Positions 36,758 to 47,486 of a DNA stretch of 64,000 nt are shown here, in pieces. Below the pieces are notes generated by a model. That model saw nothing but the letters and a program-made list of their open reading frames with translations, was not told where the DNA came from and did not search any database. The position numbers and the translations under genes are program-made. Every line of letters begins with the position of its first letter. Within the stretch, counting starts at the first letter, position 1. The DNA lies in assembly GCA_944329445.1 (NCBI GenBank), contig CALVIH010000003.1, positions 5,338 through 69,337 on the forward strand, given 5' to 3'. This stretch comes from an uncultured Bacilli bacterium. Lineage in GTDB: Bacteria > Bacillota_I > Bacilli_A > RF39 > UBA660.

Positions 36758-37633
36758 ATGAGTAACAAAAAAGATTTACTTATTATTTATTTTTTTATTG
36801 TAATCGAAGTAATGATATTAATAAATTCGCACGAGGTAATAGATAGTGTTAAATCATCATCCGTAATGTTTATAACAAAAGTTTTTCCCTCATTATTTCC
36901 AACCATGGTAGTAGGAAACATTCTAACTAAGCAAGGATTTTATAAAGTAATACCAAATTTTATTAAAAAAATATTTCATAAACTATTTAACTTTAATGAC
37001 GTAATGACTGGTGTGTTTATAACTGCTATGATTACAGGAAGTCCAAGCAACGCAATTTATATAGATGAATTGCTAGAAAAAAAATTATTAAATGAAAAAG
37101 AGGCAGAACTACTTTTATGTACCACTCACTTTGTTAATCCTCTTTTTGTCATTGGTGGTGTTGGTATATACGTTTTTAACAGCGTGAAAATTGGCGTGCT
37201 TTTGCTTCTTACGTTATGGATAAGTAACTTTATAAAAGTATTTATTAATAGAAAAAAATTTATAAGCAGTTACACGCATAAGAAAGAATATAAGCACTAC
37301 AACATCATAAACGATGTAACCGATTCAATTAAAAGTTCGGTTAACTCATCACTTTTAATTTTTGGAATAATAATAATGTTTAGTTTATTAGTATCACTTA
37401 TAGGATTTGTGTTTAATCTTAGCAACACAGTGCAAACAGTAGTCGGAGGACTACTTGAGATGACCGGTGGAATTATGAAATTATCAAACCTACCATTAAA
37501 TTTCATTGTAAAGTTTATTTTATCATATTACTTTTTAAATTTTGGGGGTCTATGTATTCAAATGCAAACGTTTGGTATGATAAAAAACAAAAAAATAAGA
37601 TATTTAAAATACCTTATTTTCAGATTAATTTAG
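36758..37633 (+). CDS. Integral membrane protein, YlbJ-like (nucleoside-recognition/Gate domain)
   Basis: Multi-pass protein; N-terminal FITKVFPSLFPTMVVGNIL resembles the YlbJ family. Confidence 0.45.
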   Translation: MSNKKDLLIIYFFIVIEVMILINSHEVIDSVKSSSVMFITKVFPSLFPTMVVGNILTKQGFYKVIPNFIKKIFHKLFNFNDVMTGVFITAMITGSPSNAIYIDELLEKKLLNEKEAELLLCTTHFVNPLFVIGGVGIYVFNSVKIGVLLLLTLWISNFIKVFINRKKFISSYTHKKEYKHYNIINDVTDSIKSSVNSSLLIFGIIIMFSLLVSLIGFVFNLSNTVQTVVGGLLEMTGGIMKLSNLPLNFIVKFILSYYFLNFGGLCIQMQTFGMIKNKKIRYLKYLIFRLI

Positions 37634-38019
37634 TAACAAACCAAAACGTCGTATTTATTTATGTTATAGTTATAATATGAATAATATGGAACAATTACTG
37701 ATTCTTTATTTCCACAAGGATTTGATGTATTTTTTGAAACGATATCATGTAATTGAGGGTCACCATCATAATATACCATAAAATAATTATTTTCGCTGTC
37801 AATAGAAGTACGATTATCTGAATTATCGTTCAAATATTCATCTATAATTCGTAATCCATAATCTTTAGCAACAAATATATCGGTTTGGTTTTGAGCAGTT
37901 TGATAAATTGTTTTAACGGTGTATAAAGTCTGAAAAAAGTATATTATCGCAACCCCAACTATCGCAAAACTAACGATTAATTCAACTAAGGTTACACCTT
38001 TTTTATTAAGTTTGTTCAT
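37630..38019 (-). CDS. Prepilin-type N-terminal cleavage/methylation domain protein (minor pseudopilin)
   Basis: Class III signal KKG|VTLVELIVSFAIVGVAIIYF with Glu at +5. Confidence 0.8.
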   Translation of the reverse strand: MNKLNKKGVTLVELIVSFAIVGVAIIYFFQTLYTVKTIYQTAQNQTDIFVAKDYGLRIIDEYLNDNSDNRTSIDSENNYFMVYYDGDPQLHDIVSKNTSNPCGNKESVIVPYYSYYNYNINKYDVLVCY

Positions 38020-38025
38020 TATAAA

Positions 38026-38658
38026 TTACTCCCCTCCTAAATTACAATTTCTATCAGGATTTGGATTATCTATCTTAATTGATGCATATCTTACTTCTGT
38101 CGGATTTCCTTCGTTGTCTTCTTCTTCAAACACCCCTATTAAACGGTATGAAGAACTATCATACGTTGTTTTTTTCATTCTTTTTAAATACCTGTTAAAA
38201 TTATAATTATTACTAGAAGGGCTTGCCATATAACCGGTTATATAAACCTCTTTAAGCCCGGATTCTTCTAGATCTTTAGAAACATCAACGCATGAAGAAC
38301 CCTCACCAGAATCACATAATGTTTCCGTTTGTCCATTGTCACCCGTTTTATAAAAGTGCCCGGATTTTCCGATATTAATATTTACATCAAAAAACATTTT
38401 TAAATTATCAATCTCACTACATCCTTTATCAGTTAGTTCATAAAGCATCATGTTTCCGTCATCGCTTTTCCTATCAAAGTAATCTCTTATGGCAATCAAA
38501 ACGTATAAATCCTCTGTTTGATCATAATATTTTGTTCTGTTAACGTAATTATCATATAATTTTGTAACGTTTGGATAAACAAAGGCCATAACGGTCGTTA
38601 CAAGGGCAATTACAACAATCGTCTCTGCTAAAAAGAACCCTTTATTATTCTTTTTCAT
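38026..38658 (-). CDS. Prepilin-type N-terminal cleavage/methylation domain protein (pseudopilin)
   Basis: NKG|FFLAETIVVIALVTTV with Glu at +5. ATG at 38658 after AAAGGTGA. Confidence 0.8.
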   Translation of the reverse strand: MKKNNKGFFLAETIVVIALVTTVMAFVYPNVTKLYDNYVNRTKYYDQTEDLYVLIAIRDYFDRKSDDGNMMLYELTDKGCSEIDNLKMFFDVNINIGKSGHFYKTGDNGQTETLCDSGEGSSCVDVSKDLEESGLKEVYITGYMASPSSNNYNFNRYLKRMKKTTYDSSSYRLIGVFEEEDNEGNPTEVRYASIKIDNPNPDRNCNLGGE

Positions 38659-38790
38659 TTTTATCACCTTTTCTTTATTGCTATCTTCTAAAATATATTA
38701 TATAATATTATTATAATAAAATCTAGGGTAAAGATAAGAATATTAAATAGATTATAAAGAATAAAAAGAATATTAAGGGAGCGATTTTGA

Positions 38791-40116
38791 ATGTTAAAAC
38801 AAATAGATTTTACTAAATTACCAATAACAGAAATAGTAAATGAAATTATATTTACCGCTGCTCAAGCAGGGGCAAGTGACATACACTTTGATCCCGCTGA
38901 AAAAGGTATTAAAGTTAGATTTAGGATCGACGGTGTTTTAATTGACTACACAATAGTTCCCGAAAGCATTAGAAAAAACTTGATCGCTAGGCTTAAAATA
39001 ATTTCTGGTATGGATATTACCGAATCAAGATTACCACAAGATGGTGCAATCAAAATGACGATAAAAAACATTAATCTTGACATGCGTGTTTCTTCCCTAC
39101 CTACTAATGAAGGTGAAAAGATTGTTATTCGTATTCTTGACTACACTGCTTCTTTAAAAGGCCTTGATAGTCTTGGATTTTCTCCGGTTAACTTAAAAAA
39201 GGTAAAAGAATTAATAAAAGAACCAAATGGAATCATACTTGTTACCGGAGCAACTGGAACTGGTAAATCAACCACCGTTTATTCTATTTTACAAACGCTT
39301 AATACTCCGGAGGTTAATTTAGTAACGGTTGAAGACCCAGTTGAGATGAACATTGAGAACATAAATCAGATACAGGTTAATAGTGAAATTGGACTTACCT
39401 TCGCAGAAGTACTACGTTCTATTTTGCGTCAGGACCCAGACATTATAATGATTGGAGAAATACGTGATGATGAAACTGCAAAAATAGCTGTTAGGGCCTC
39501 TATTACTGGACACTTGGTACTATCTACGATACATACGAATAACGCTTTAAATACAATTGAACGTTTAACTGACATGGACGTTGAAACTTACCTTTTAGCT
39601 TCTTCTTTAAACGGAATCATTTCTCAAAAGCTAGCTAGAAAAATATGTCCACATTGCATGAAAAAACGTCCTGCAATTGATTATGAAAAAAAGTTAATTA
39701 AAGCCAACTTAGGAGTTGATATAACAGAACTTGCATACGCTGAAGGATGCTCAGAGTGTGTTGGTGGTTACAAAGGAAGAATTGCGATTCATGAAGTACT
39801 TGTTATCTCACAAGATATAAGGGATGCTATTGCAAACGGTATGCCTAAAGAGGAGCTAAGAAAACTAGTTTATCAAGGTGATACCAAGACTCTTTTACAA
39901 GATGGTTTAACCAAAGTATTGGAAAACATTACAACGATTGAAGAAATATTAAGATTAGTTGAGCTTGATGATGAATCTGTTAAAATAGTAACTGCTAAAG
40001 ACAACGTAAACCAACAGCAACCACTAACAAGTAATCAATCAGAAACGATTAATAATAGCGCTCAAAGTGTTCCTATCCCACCGGTTAATAATGACGTGGA
40101 GATGCTTGACGTATAA
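38791..40116 (+). CDS. pilB: Type IV pilus/competence assembly ATPase (GspE/PilB/ComGA family)
   Basis: Walker A GATGTGKST, Asp box, His box GHLVLSTIHTNNA, tetracysteine CPHC...CSEC. Confidence 0.9.
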   Translation: MLKQIDFTKLPITEIVNEIIFTAAQAGASDIHFDPAEKGIKVRFRIDGVLIDYTIVPESIRKNLIARLKIISGMDITESRLPQDGAIKMTIKNINLDMRVSSLPTNEGEKIVIRILDYTASLKGLDSLGFSPVNLKKVKELIKEPNGIILVTGATGTGKSTTVYSILQTLNTPEVNLVTVEDPVEMNIENINQIQVNSEIGLTFAEVLRSILRQDPDIIMIGEIRDDETAKIAVRASITGHLVLSTIHTNNALNTIERLTDMDVETYLLASSLNGIISQKLARKICPHCMKKRPAIDYEKKLIKANLGVDITELAYAEGCSECVGGYKGRIAIHEVLVISQDIRDAIANGMPKEELRKLVYQGDTKTLLQDGLTKVLENITTIEEILRLVELDDESVKIVTAKDNVNQQQPLTSNQSETINNSAQSVPIPPVNNDVEMLDV

Positions 40117-40129
40117 AAAAGAACTAAGG

Positions 40130-40618
40130 TTATCTTAGTTCTTTTTTGTTATATTTCTTTGACGAACCAATATCATCGCTTTGATTTTTACAAAAGGCAC
40201 TTAAAACTTCTGATAGTTCCTCTATTTTATCTTTGTAATTTACGTTGTCAATAAGTGTTCCATAAAGCTTTTCATTATGAATTTCATTAAGGTCGCTATC
40301 TTGTAATACTGAGATTACATCCACCCATACTTTCTCATCAGCGTTATTCGGAATAAAAGTAGTTAAATAGTTAATTATAGAATTAATACGTTCTATTGGT
40401 ATACGTCGTTTAAAACCACTACTTGCCTTACGAATTCCAATTGGAATATGAGCTCTTGTTTCGTCGGCATCTTCCCCATTTGGGGATACCCTTCTTCTTG
40501 AGGTACTATAAATTTGAACGTTTATGTAATCCGTAATTCTGTCAGTATTGTTATAGCATTTATTCCCACCTACCAGTGAGTTAGTAATATCATCAATGTA
40601 TTTGGTATTTAATTTCAT
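40130..40618 (-). CDS. Hypothetical protein within the pilus cluster
   Basis: ATG at 40618 after GGAGATGGAG. No known domain. Confidence 0.5.
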   Translation of the reverse strand: MKLNTKYIDDITNSLVGGNKCYNNTDRITDYINVQIYSTSRRRVSPNGEDADETRAHIPIGIRKASSGFKRRIPIERINSIINYLTTFIPNNADEKVWVDVISVLQDSDLNEIHNEKLYGTLIDNVNYKDKIEELSEVLSAFCKNQSDDIGSSKKYNKKELR

Positions 40619-40695
40619 TTTGCTCCATCTCCTATAAATATTCTTTATCTTATCACATTCTATTATAAAATACAAATAAAAATAGCATATTTATG

Positions 40696-41484
40696 CTATT
40701 TTGTAAAAAAATTAAGAATCATGTTTAAATTAAGCCCAGTTAACATTATGATGGTTGCCGCAACAGATAAATATGGGCCAAAAGGTAGTATGTTATTATT
40801 ATTTTTTATCAAGCTAACAATTGATAAAGGAAGCGCAATAAATGACGCAATAAAGATTGTAACAATCGACATGTCAAATCCTAATACCAACCCGATAAAG
40901 AATAATAATTTAATATCACCACCACCGAGGCTTTCGGTCTTAAATATTAAATCTCCAAGTGCTTTAAACAAATAAAGAATCGCAAAAGCTCCAAGACCAT
41001 TTAATATTGGCATTACAAGACCATTGAACACTGATATGTTATTAACGACTACATTAGCTATTAATTCTACTATAATTAATAGCGTACCAACGATTAAAAC
41101 CTCGTCTGGTATTATGAAGTACTTAACATCACTAATACTTATTATAATTAAAACCGAAATAAACGTTATTGCTATTAAAAATTCAAGCGTTAAACCAAAT
41201 TTTAAATAAGATAGTAAAAAGAGTATTCCGGTTAGAAGTTCAAAGAAAGGATAAAAAATTGATATCCTTTCTTTACACACCTTACATTTACCACCTAGAA
41301 ATATATAAGATATTACTGGTATTAATTCATAAAACTTAAGTTTATGTTTACAATTTGTACAGTGAGACGCTGGGAATACAATTGACATATTATTTGGTAA
41401 ACGATAACCTACTACGTTGTAAAAAGAACCAAATATCAAACCGACGATAAATATCATAACTCCATTAAATATTTCTAAATTCAT
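40696..41484 (-). CDS. pilD: Prepilin peptidase (A24 family; PilD/ComC)
   Basis: N-terminal CxxC...CxxC, catalytic Asp motifs (ISDVKYFIIPD, GGGDIKLL), multi-pass membrane protein. Confidence 0.9.
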   Translation of the reverse strand: MNLEIFNGVMIFIVGLIFGSFYNVVGYRLPNNMSIVFPASHCTNCKHKLKFYELIPVISYIFLGGKCKVCKERISIFYPFFELLTGILFLLSYLKFGLTLEFLIAITFISVLIIISISDVKYFIIPDEVLIVGTLLIIVELIANVVVNNISVFNGLVMPILNGLGAFAILYLFKALGDLIFKTESLGGGDIKLLFFIGLVLGFDMSIVTIFIASFIALPLSIVSLIKNNNNILPFGPYLSVAATIIMLTGLNLNMILNFFTK

Positions 41485-41495
41485 AATTACTCCTT

Positions 41496-43319
41496 TTATA
41501 ATGCGTCATACATACCATACATAGGTAAGATTACAGCAAGTAAAATACCACCTACTAAAACAGCTAGAACAACGATCATAATTGGCTCTATCAAAGATTT
41601 CATTTGGTTTATAATCGTTCGGTGCTGTTCTTGATAATAATCAGAAACCCTCTCCATCATCGGTCCTAACCTACCGGTTTTTTCACCTGTAATAAGCATT
41701 TGATAGGCAATGTTAGGAAAGGCCCAATGATCTTTAAAAGCCGTTGAAATGGCCTCACCCTTGGTTAGGTTTTTAGCCGTATCAAAAATAAGTTTTTTAT
41801 ATACTTCATTTTCAGTTATTTTACTTAAAACGTCCATCGAATCAGTAATAAATACGTTATGGTTAATAAGATTTGCAAATGTTTTAGCAAAAATAGTAAC
41901 CTCGTTGTATATTATAATATTACCGAATACAGGTAAGTGCATCGCAAACTCTTGCATGCTTCTTCTAAATGCTTTAACATTTTTAAATAAATATATATAT
42001 ATTAATATTACAACAATTAACACCAACAAAATGTACATTAAATAGTCTTTCAAGAAATCACTTATGGCAATTACTACCTTAGTTATCGTTGGTATATCGC
42101 TACCTAAATCAGCATATATATCAACGAACTGTGGAACTACCCACATCAAAATAAACGTAACTACTACAGCGGCAAAAATCGTAACGATAACCGGATACAT
42201 CATCGCGGATTTCATCTGTCTTTTCGTGCTCTCAGATTCAGTATAATAATCTACCATGTCATCTAATGTTTCTGGTAAATTACCAGTCATTTCAGCCGTC
42301 TTTATCATGTTTATTAAAAGTCTAGGAAACGTATCCCTTCTTTTTTCCATGGCAACTGATAGTACGTCACCCATTGATAAGTCATAATAAACGGCGCGCC
42401 AAGCTTTCTTTTCATTAATGGCTTTAGCTTGATCTTCTAGTATTTTTACAGCTTCCGCCAATGCAATACCTGATTTTAAATAAGCGGATAACTGTGATAA
42501 ATAAAAAATCAAACGGTTTCTTTTCATCTTATAAGTAAATATGTTAGGTTTCGCTTTTGCAGCGGTTATTTCGTAAACCTCATACCCTTCTGCTAACAAA
42601 AACGAATGTACATCTACCCTAGATAATGCCTCTATTTCACCTTTTTCTAATTCACCCTTTGAATTACGAGCTGTGTAAGTAAATAATAAAGGTTTGGTCA
42701 AACGTGATGCTTCTTTGCTTTTATCCTTAAATTGTTCGTCTAATACGCTTTTTTTAGCTTCTAATTCAAGTTCTTCCTTTTTGTTATACGTAAGCTTTTT
42801 ATAAAAAGACTTTAATTTATCAGAAAAAGTAACTGGTACACCTTTAGCTTTTAACGCTGCTTCCTTCTTTTCTTTCGCAGCCTCCCATGCTTCTTCCTTT
42901 TTCTTACGTTCTAATTCACGTGCTTGTCTTTCTTTTTCTTTCTTTTCGTTTTCGAGTCTAATTCTTTCTTGTTCTTTTACTCTTCGAGCTTCCTCGGCCC
43001 TTGCCTTTGCAACTAAACGTTCGAACTCCTTTTGTCTTTTTATTTTATTTTTTTCTTTCTCTTTAGAAATCTTAACCGGATCAGTTTCTTTTACTGGCGC
43101 TTTCGGAGTTTCATATGCTGATCGTTTTTCTTTGACAACCTTAACCGTTTCTCCTGGTTTAACCTCAGGCATTACGTGTGCTTTTTCTTCTTTTTTATTT
43201 TTACCTATTCCAAAAACCTTTCCAATACCAATGACGAAATAATAAGGTAATAATAACACCGTTATAAAACCTCTGTATATAAAAACGAATGGTAACAAAA
43301 TAATATCTAACGCGCTCAT
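41496..43319 (-). CDS. pilC: Type IV pilus platform protein (GspF/PilC/ComGB family) with N-terminal extension of about 205 aa
   Basis: Two T2SSF repeats (FPRLLINMIKTAEMTGNL, FPNIAYQMLITGEKTGRL). The canonical N-terminus starts near FTYTARNSKGE; a TM segment and a K/E-rich helix precede it. Confidence 0.88.
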   Translation of the reverse strand: MSALDIILLPFVFIYRGFITVLLLPYYFVIGIGKVFGIGKNKKEEKAHVMPEVKPGETVKVVKEKRSAYETPKAPVKETDPVKISKEKEKNKIKRQKEFERLVAKARAEEARRVKEQERIRLENEKKEKERQARELERKKKEEAWEAAKEKKEAALKAKGVPVTFSDKLKSFYKKLTYNKKEELELEAKKSVLDEQFKDKSKEASRLTKPLLFTYTARNSKGELEKGEIEALSRVDVHSFLLAEGYEVYEITAAKAKPNIFTYKMKRNRLIFYLSQLSAYLKSGIALAEAVKILEDQAKAINEKKAWRAVYYDLSMGDVLSVAMEKRRDTFPRLLINMIKTAEMTGNLPETLDDMVDYYTESESTKRQMKSAMMYPVIVTIFAAVVVTFILMWVVPQFVDIYADLGSDIPTITKVVIAISDFLKDYLMYILLVLIVVILIYIYLFKNVKAFRRSMQEFAMHLPVFGNIIIYNEVTIFAKTFANLINHNVFITDSMDVLSKITENEVYKKLIFDTAKNLTKGEAISTAFKDHWAFPNIAYQMLITGEKTGRLGPMMERVSDYYQEQHRTIINQMKSLIEPIMIVVLAVLVGGILLAVILPMYGMYDAL

Positions 43320-43448
43320 AACACACCTTCCTATTCTATTGAATATTATAACATAAATTTTTATATTTTAAATAATAAATAGTTATTTTTATCACATTAA
43401 ATAGGCCATTTATAAATTTTTATCATATATTAATATAGAGGTGATTAT

Positions 43449-43847
43449 ATGTATGGCAGTATTCCATATATGATTCCTAACGTCGGAATGTCAGCTGCAC
43501 CAGTTGCAAACGGGCTATCAAGCGCTGCTAATTTAAGTAACGCAGCTAACACGACCGGAATTTTAGGCAGGGCTGGTTCCTTATTCAGCAAAATAAATTG
43601 GGGATCACTACTTTCAAATGCACAAAAAACACTAAACGTTGTTAATCAGGCGATACCATTGTACTACCAAGTTAAACCAGTTTTCAAAAACATTAAAACG
43701 CTCGGACGAATTGGTAAAGAATTTACTAAAATTGGAAATTCTAATACGGAGGTTTCAACAAGTAACACAAATGCCGAGCAAAGTAATATAAGCGCCGAAA
43801 CAACTAATAATACCCAAACCATTCCTGAACCAACCTTTTTCTTATAA
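43449..43847 (+). CDS. YqfQ-like protein
   Basis: LLSNAQKTLNVVNQAIPLYYQVKPVFKNIKTL resembles the YqfQ family. It neighbours trmK (yqfN), as yqfQ does in B. subtilis. Confidence 0.5.
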   Translation: MYGSIPYMIPNVGMSAAPVANGLSSAANLSNAANTTGILGRAGSLFSKINWGSLLSNAQKTLNVVNQAIPLYYQVKPVFKNIKTLGRIGKEFTKIGNSNTEVSTSNTNAEQSNISAETTNNTQTIPEPTFFL

Positions 43848-43867
43848 AAAAGAAATGAATAAAAACA

Positions 43868-44557
43868 CTAATCCGTTTTCTTACTCATTTCTTTTTTTAT
43901 TTTAATATTTTTTATAAATAATTTTAACTTTTTCCATACCATAGTGTTAGGCAAACTGCTAATTATTTTTTTGTTTTTATTGATAATATTTAACAATAAT
44001 TCGTTAAATAATTCATTTTTGTTCATAAGAAGAACAGGACCGAAATACATTTGTTTTGAGCTGTATTTTCTTATTCCCTTTTTAAACTTTATCACCGTGT
44101 AAATAATGCCTTTTTCTTTAACTAGAGTCTCGTCTTTAATAAAATATCCTAGTTTAACAACGTTAATACGCACCTTATCAATTCCGGTGTTAGACTGAAC
44201 AATAATCGTATGTATATTTTTTAATTTATTCTTTTCGTTATTTAATATACTTATAATTTTTTGATCTCCAAGACCTGATATAACTAAAGTATCAACGTTA
44301 TCATTATCTTTTATTTTCGAAAGGCCATCCGCAAGTCTTACCTCAACGTTTTTCACGTTACTTTCTTTTATATTCTTTCTTGCACCTTGTAAAGCACCTT
44401 CTGTTATGTCGCATGCTATTGCTTTTTTTATTATATTATTTTGAGAAAGATAAATGTCTAATAACGCGTGATCACATCCAACGTCGGCAACCGTCGATCC
44501 TTGCTCTACCATTTTAGCAATAGAAAATAACCTTTTTGATAATTTAATGTTAGTCAC
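43868..44557 (-). CDS. trmK: tRNA (adenine22-N1)-methyltransferase
   Basis: [18 protein letters not shown] motif. Position directly after sigA, as for B. subtilis yqfN. GTG start overlaps the sigA end. Confidence 0.85.
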   Translation of the reverse strand: MTNIKLSKRLFSIAKMVEQGSTVADVGCDHALLDIYLSQNNIIKKAIACDITEGALQGARKNIKESNVKNVEVRLADGLSKIKDNDNVDTLVISGLGDQKIISILNNEKNKLKNIHTIIVQSNTGIDKVRINVVKLGYFIKDETLVKEKGIIYTVIKFKKGIRKYSSKQMYFGPVLLMNKNELFNELLLNIINKNKKIISSLPNTMVWKKLKLFIKNIKIKKEMSKKTD

Positions 44558-45638
44558 TTAAATAATCCTTTAATTTCCTTGACCTTGAGGGATGTCTTAA
44601 TTTTCTTAGTGCTTTTGCCTCTATTTGCCTTATTCTTTCACGGGTAACACCAAACATGTTACCAACCTCTTCTAGGGTATGACAAGTTCCTCCATGAAGT
44701 CCAAAACGTAATTTTAAAACCTCTTCTTCACGAGGAGTTAAGGTACATAAAACCTCTTCAATTTCGTCTTTTAAAACTTCGTTTATGGCATATTCTTCCG
44801 GGCTCATTGAACTTTCATCCTTTAAGAAATCACCAAGGTGAGAATCATCTTCTTCGCCAATTGGGGTTTCAAGAGATAATGGATCTTGAGAAATTTTAAA
44901 GATTTCCCTTACTTTATCTTCGGTTGTTCCCATTTTTTTAGCTAATTCTTCTTCGGTCGGTTCACGGTTTAATTCAAGGGTAAGTTGTCTTTGAATTCTT
45001 TTTAATTTATTAATGGTCTCTACCATGTGTACCGGAACACGAATCGTTTTGGCTTGGTCTGCAATTGCACGGGTTATGGCTTGTCTAATCCACCACGTAG
45101 CATAAGTTGAGAATTTATATCCTTTTGATGCATCAAACTTATCTACCGCTTTCATAAGTCCGATGTTTCCCTCTTGAATTAGGTCTAAGAAAGATAAATT
45201 TCTTCCAACGTAACGTTTAGCAATAGATACAACAAGTCTTAAATTTGATTCGGCAAGTATTCTTTTTGCTTCCTCATCGCCTTCTTCAACGCGTTTAGAC
45301 AAAGCAAGTTCTTCATCCAAACTAAGCAAGCTTATTTTACCAATTTCCTTTAGATACATTCTAACCGGATCGTTTATGTTTGCATTTTTAGGTAATGATA
45401 CGTCTTCTATGGTAAGAGCATCGCCCTCATCTTCATCATTACTATCATCTTCAAAATTTTCTGAAATTATTTCAATATTATTGTCATGAAAAGCATTGTA
45501 TAATTCATCTAATGAGTCTGCGTCTAACTCTAAACCTTTTAGACTTTCAGCTAACTCTTCATAAGTTAATACACCTTTTTCTTTACCTTTTTTTAATAAT
45601 TCTTTTTTTCTTTCTTCAAACGTTTTTATTTCTTTCAT
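44550..45638 (-). CDS. sigA: Primary RNA polymerase sigma factor
   Basis: Regions 1.2 to 4.2 ([62 protein letters not shown]). Confidence 0.97.
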   Translation of the reverse strand: MKEIKTFEERKKELLKKGKEKGVLTYEELAESLKGLELDADSLDELYNAFHDNNIEIISENFEDDSNDEDEGDALTIEDVSLPKNANINDPVRMYLKEIGKISLLSLDEELALSKRVEEGDEEAKRILAESNLRLVVSIAKRYVGRNLSFLDLIQEGNIGLMKAVDKFDASKGYKFSTYATWWIRQAITRAIADQAKTIRVPVHMVETINKLKRIQRQLTLELNREPTEEELAKKMGTTEDKVREIFKISQDPLSLETPIGEEDDSHLGDFLKDESSMSPEEYAINEVLKDEIEEVLCTLTPREEEVLKLRFGLHGGTCHTLEEVGNMFGVTRERIRQIEAKALRKLRHPSRSRKLKDYLSD

Positions 45639-47383
45639 TATTTACACTCCTTCTTTTTTAAACTTCTAAGCCTTTCTAATAAAGCAACTTTTTTACCAAC
45701 GTTTTCTTCATTTTTTATTTTAGTTTTAAGTTTATCAATTTCACTTTTTAATACGCCCTCATCAATGGTTTTTATATAATCGTTTATAACGTCATTTGAA
45801 ACATCATTTGGAAGGTTTAAGTCATCAATTCTTAATACCTCGTTGATAAGATTTGTTTTATCTTCTAAAAATATAGTAAAGTCAGTTACGTTAATATATT
45901 TATTTCGCTCATAAAATTCCAATATTTCCATTGCAATCCTAGAAAGCTGTTTATCTTGCAAATACGAAACCTTGTTTTGATATAACAAGATAGCATCTAC
46001 GTTTCTCAACATATAATATATTAAATATTCTTCTGCTTTTACATACTTGTCTTTACCAGTTGTTATTCTTTTGTTAATTATATTAACATTAGTTTTTGGT
46101 TTATTGGATACCATATCGTTTATGGTATTTACGTCAACACCAGTTTCTTTAGCGAGCTTTTTAACCGTTAATTCATAAACTATTTTATCATTTATTTTTT
46201 CGAGTTCTTTTACGGCAGAATCCAAGTATTTCGATACCTCTTTATAATCGTTAAAATTAATATCTTTTTTATTTATATCCAATTTAAACATAATACTTGA
46301 AAGAGGGTTGTCAAGGTGCGTTAAAAAAGCATCAACTCCTTTTTTTATTACGTAATCATCTGGATCTAAATCATCTTCTAACCTTATTATTTTTGGATTA
46401 ATGCCCACTTTTTCCAAGGCATCCAAAGCGCTTAAAGTTGCCTTTTCTCCGGCTTTATCACCATCGAAACACAACACAACGTTTTTAGCCATTTTTTTAA
46501 TTAGATTTGCATGTTCCTTGGTTATTGCCGTCCCCATCGTTGCAACAACGTTTTTAATACCAACACTGTATAATCTAATGACATCCATAAAGCCTTCAAC
46601 AATTATTATTTGGTGCTTTTCTCTAGCTACGTTAATCGCTCGGTGATAATTATATAAAACCGTTCCCTTTTTAAAAATAACGGATTCTTTAGAATTAACG
46701 TATTTGCTTTCATCTGTCTCACCATTATATATTCTTCCGGAAAAGCCAATAACTTGTCCAGTTAAGTTGTACAAAGGAAACATTATTCTGTTTCTAAAAA
46801 CATCATAAGTGTACTTATCCTTCCTGCCGCATAGTCCAACGTCTATTAATTCATTAAGATCGTATCCCTTATTTGATAATAATTTACTTAAATTATTATC
46901 GTTCATTGATAAGCCAATTTCAAATTCTTTTATTATATCATCGTTTAAGTTTCTTTTACTTAGATAATCAACTGCTTTCTTACCATAGACACTTCTAATG
47001 TTATTTTGATAATATTTACATGCTATATCAAACAGCTTATAATACTTTTCATATTTCTCATTAGTGGCAACTTTTTTTGGAGCGTCTTGATAATCAATAC
47101 TTATTCCTACGCTTTTAGCAACTTTACTTACCGCCTGGACAAAACTGATGTTTTCATAATTCATAACAAAGTTAAAAACGTTCCCAGACGCGCCACAAAC
47201 AAAGCAGGTATATATTTGCTTTTCAGGAGATATACTCATACTAGGATTATGATCATCATGAAATGGGCATATCGCAAAATAATTTTTTCCCTTTTGTTCC
47301 AATGGAAGATATTCACTAATAACGTCCACGATGTTTACTTTACGCTGAATATCTAAAATTAAATCATATGGTATTTTCTCCAT
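45638..47383 (-). CDS. dnaG: DNA primase
   Basis: Zinc finger [36 protein letters not shown] (VEGFMDV...DGDKAG). TAATG overlap with sigA. Confidence 0.96.
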   Translation of the reverse strand: MEKIPYDLILDIQRKVNIVDVISEYLPLEQKGKNYFAICPFHDDHNPSMSISPEKQIYTCFVCGASGNVFNFVMNYENISFVQAVSKVAKSVGISIDYQDAPKKVATNEKYEKYYKLFDIACKYYQNNIRSVYGKKAVDYLSKRNLNDDIIKEFEIGLSMNDNNLSKLLSNKGYDLNELIDVGLCGRKDKYTYDVFRNRIMFPLYNLTGQVIGFSGRIYNGETDESKYVNSKESVIFKKGTVLYNYHRAINVAREKHQIIIVEGFMDVIRLYSVGIKNVVATMGTAITKEHANLIKKMAKNVVLCFDGDKAGEKATLSALDALEKVGINPKIIRLEDDLDPDDYVIKKGVDAFLTHLDNPLSSIMFKLDINKKDINFNDYKEVSKYLDSAVKELEKINDKIVYELTVKKLAKETGVDVNTINDMVSNKPKTNVNIINKRITTGKDKYVKAEEYLIYYMLRNVDAILLYQNKVSYLQDKQLSRIAMEILEFYERNKYINVTDFTIFLEDKTNLINEVLRIDDLNLPNDVSNDVINDYIKTIDEGVLKSEIDKLKTKIKNEENVGKKVALLERLRSLKKKECK

Positions 47384-47486
47384 AAAAAGGTCCTCCTAAT
47401 TTAATTATTCTCCACTTTTTTAAAAATTCCCCTAATTTTTTTAAAAAAATAAAAAAAATAGCAAAAAAACGCCATTTTCGCTATTT

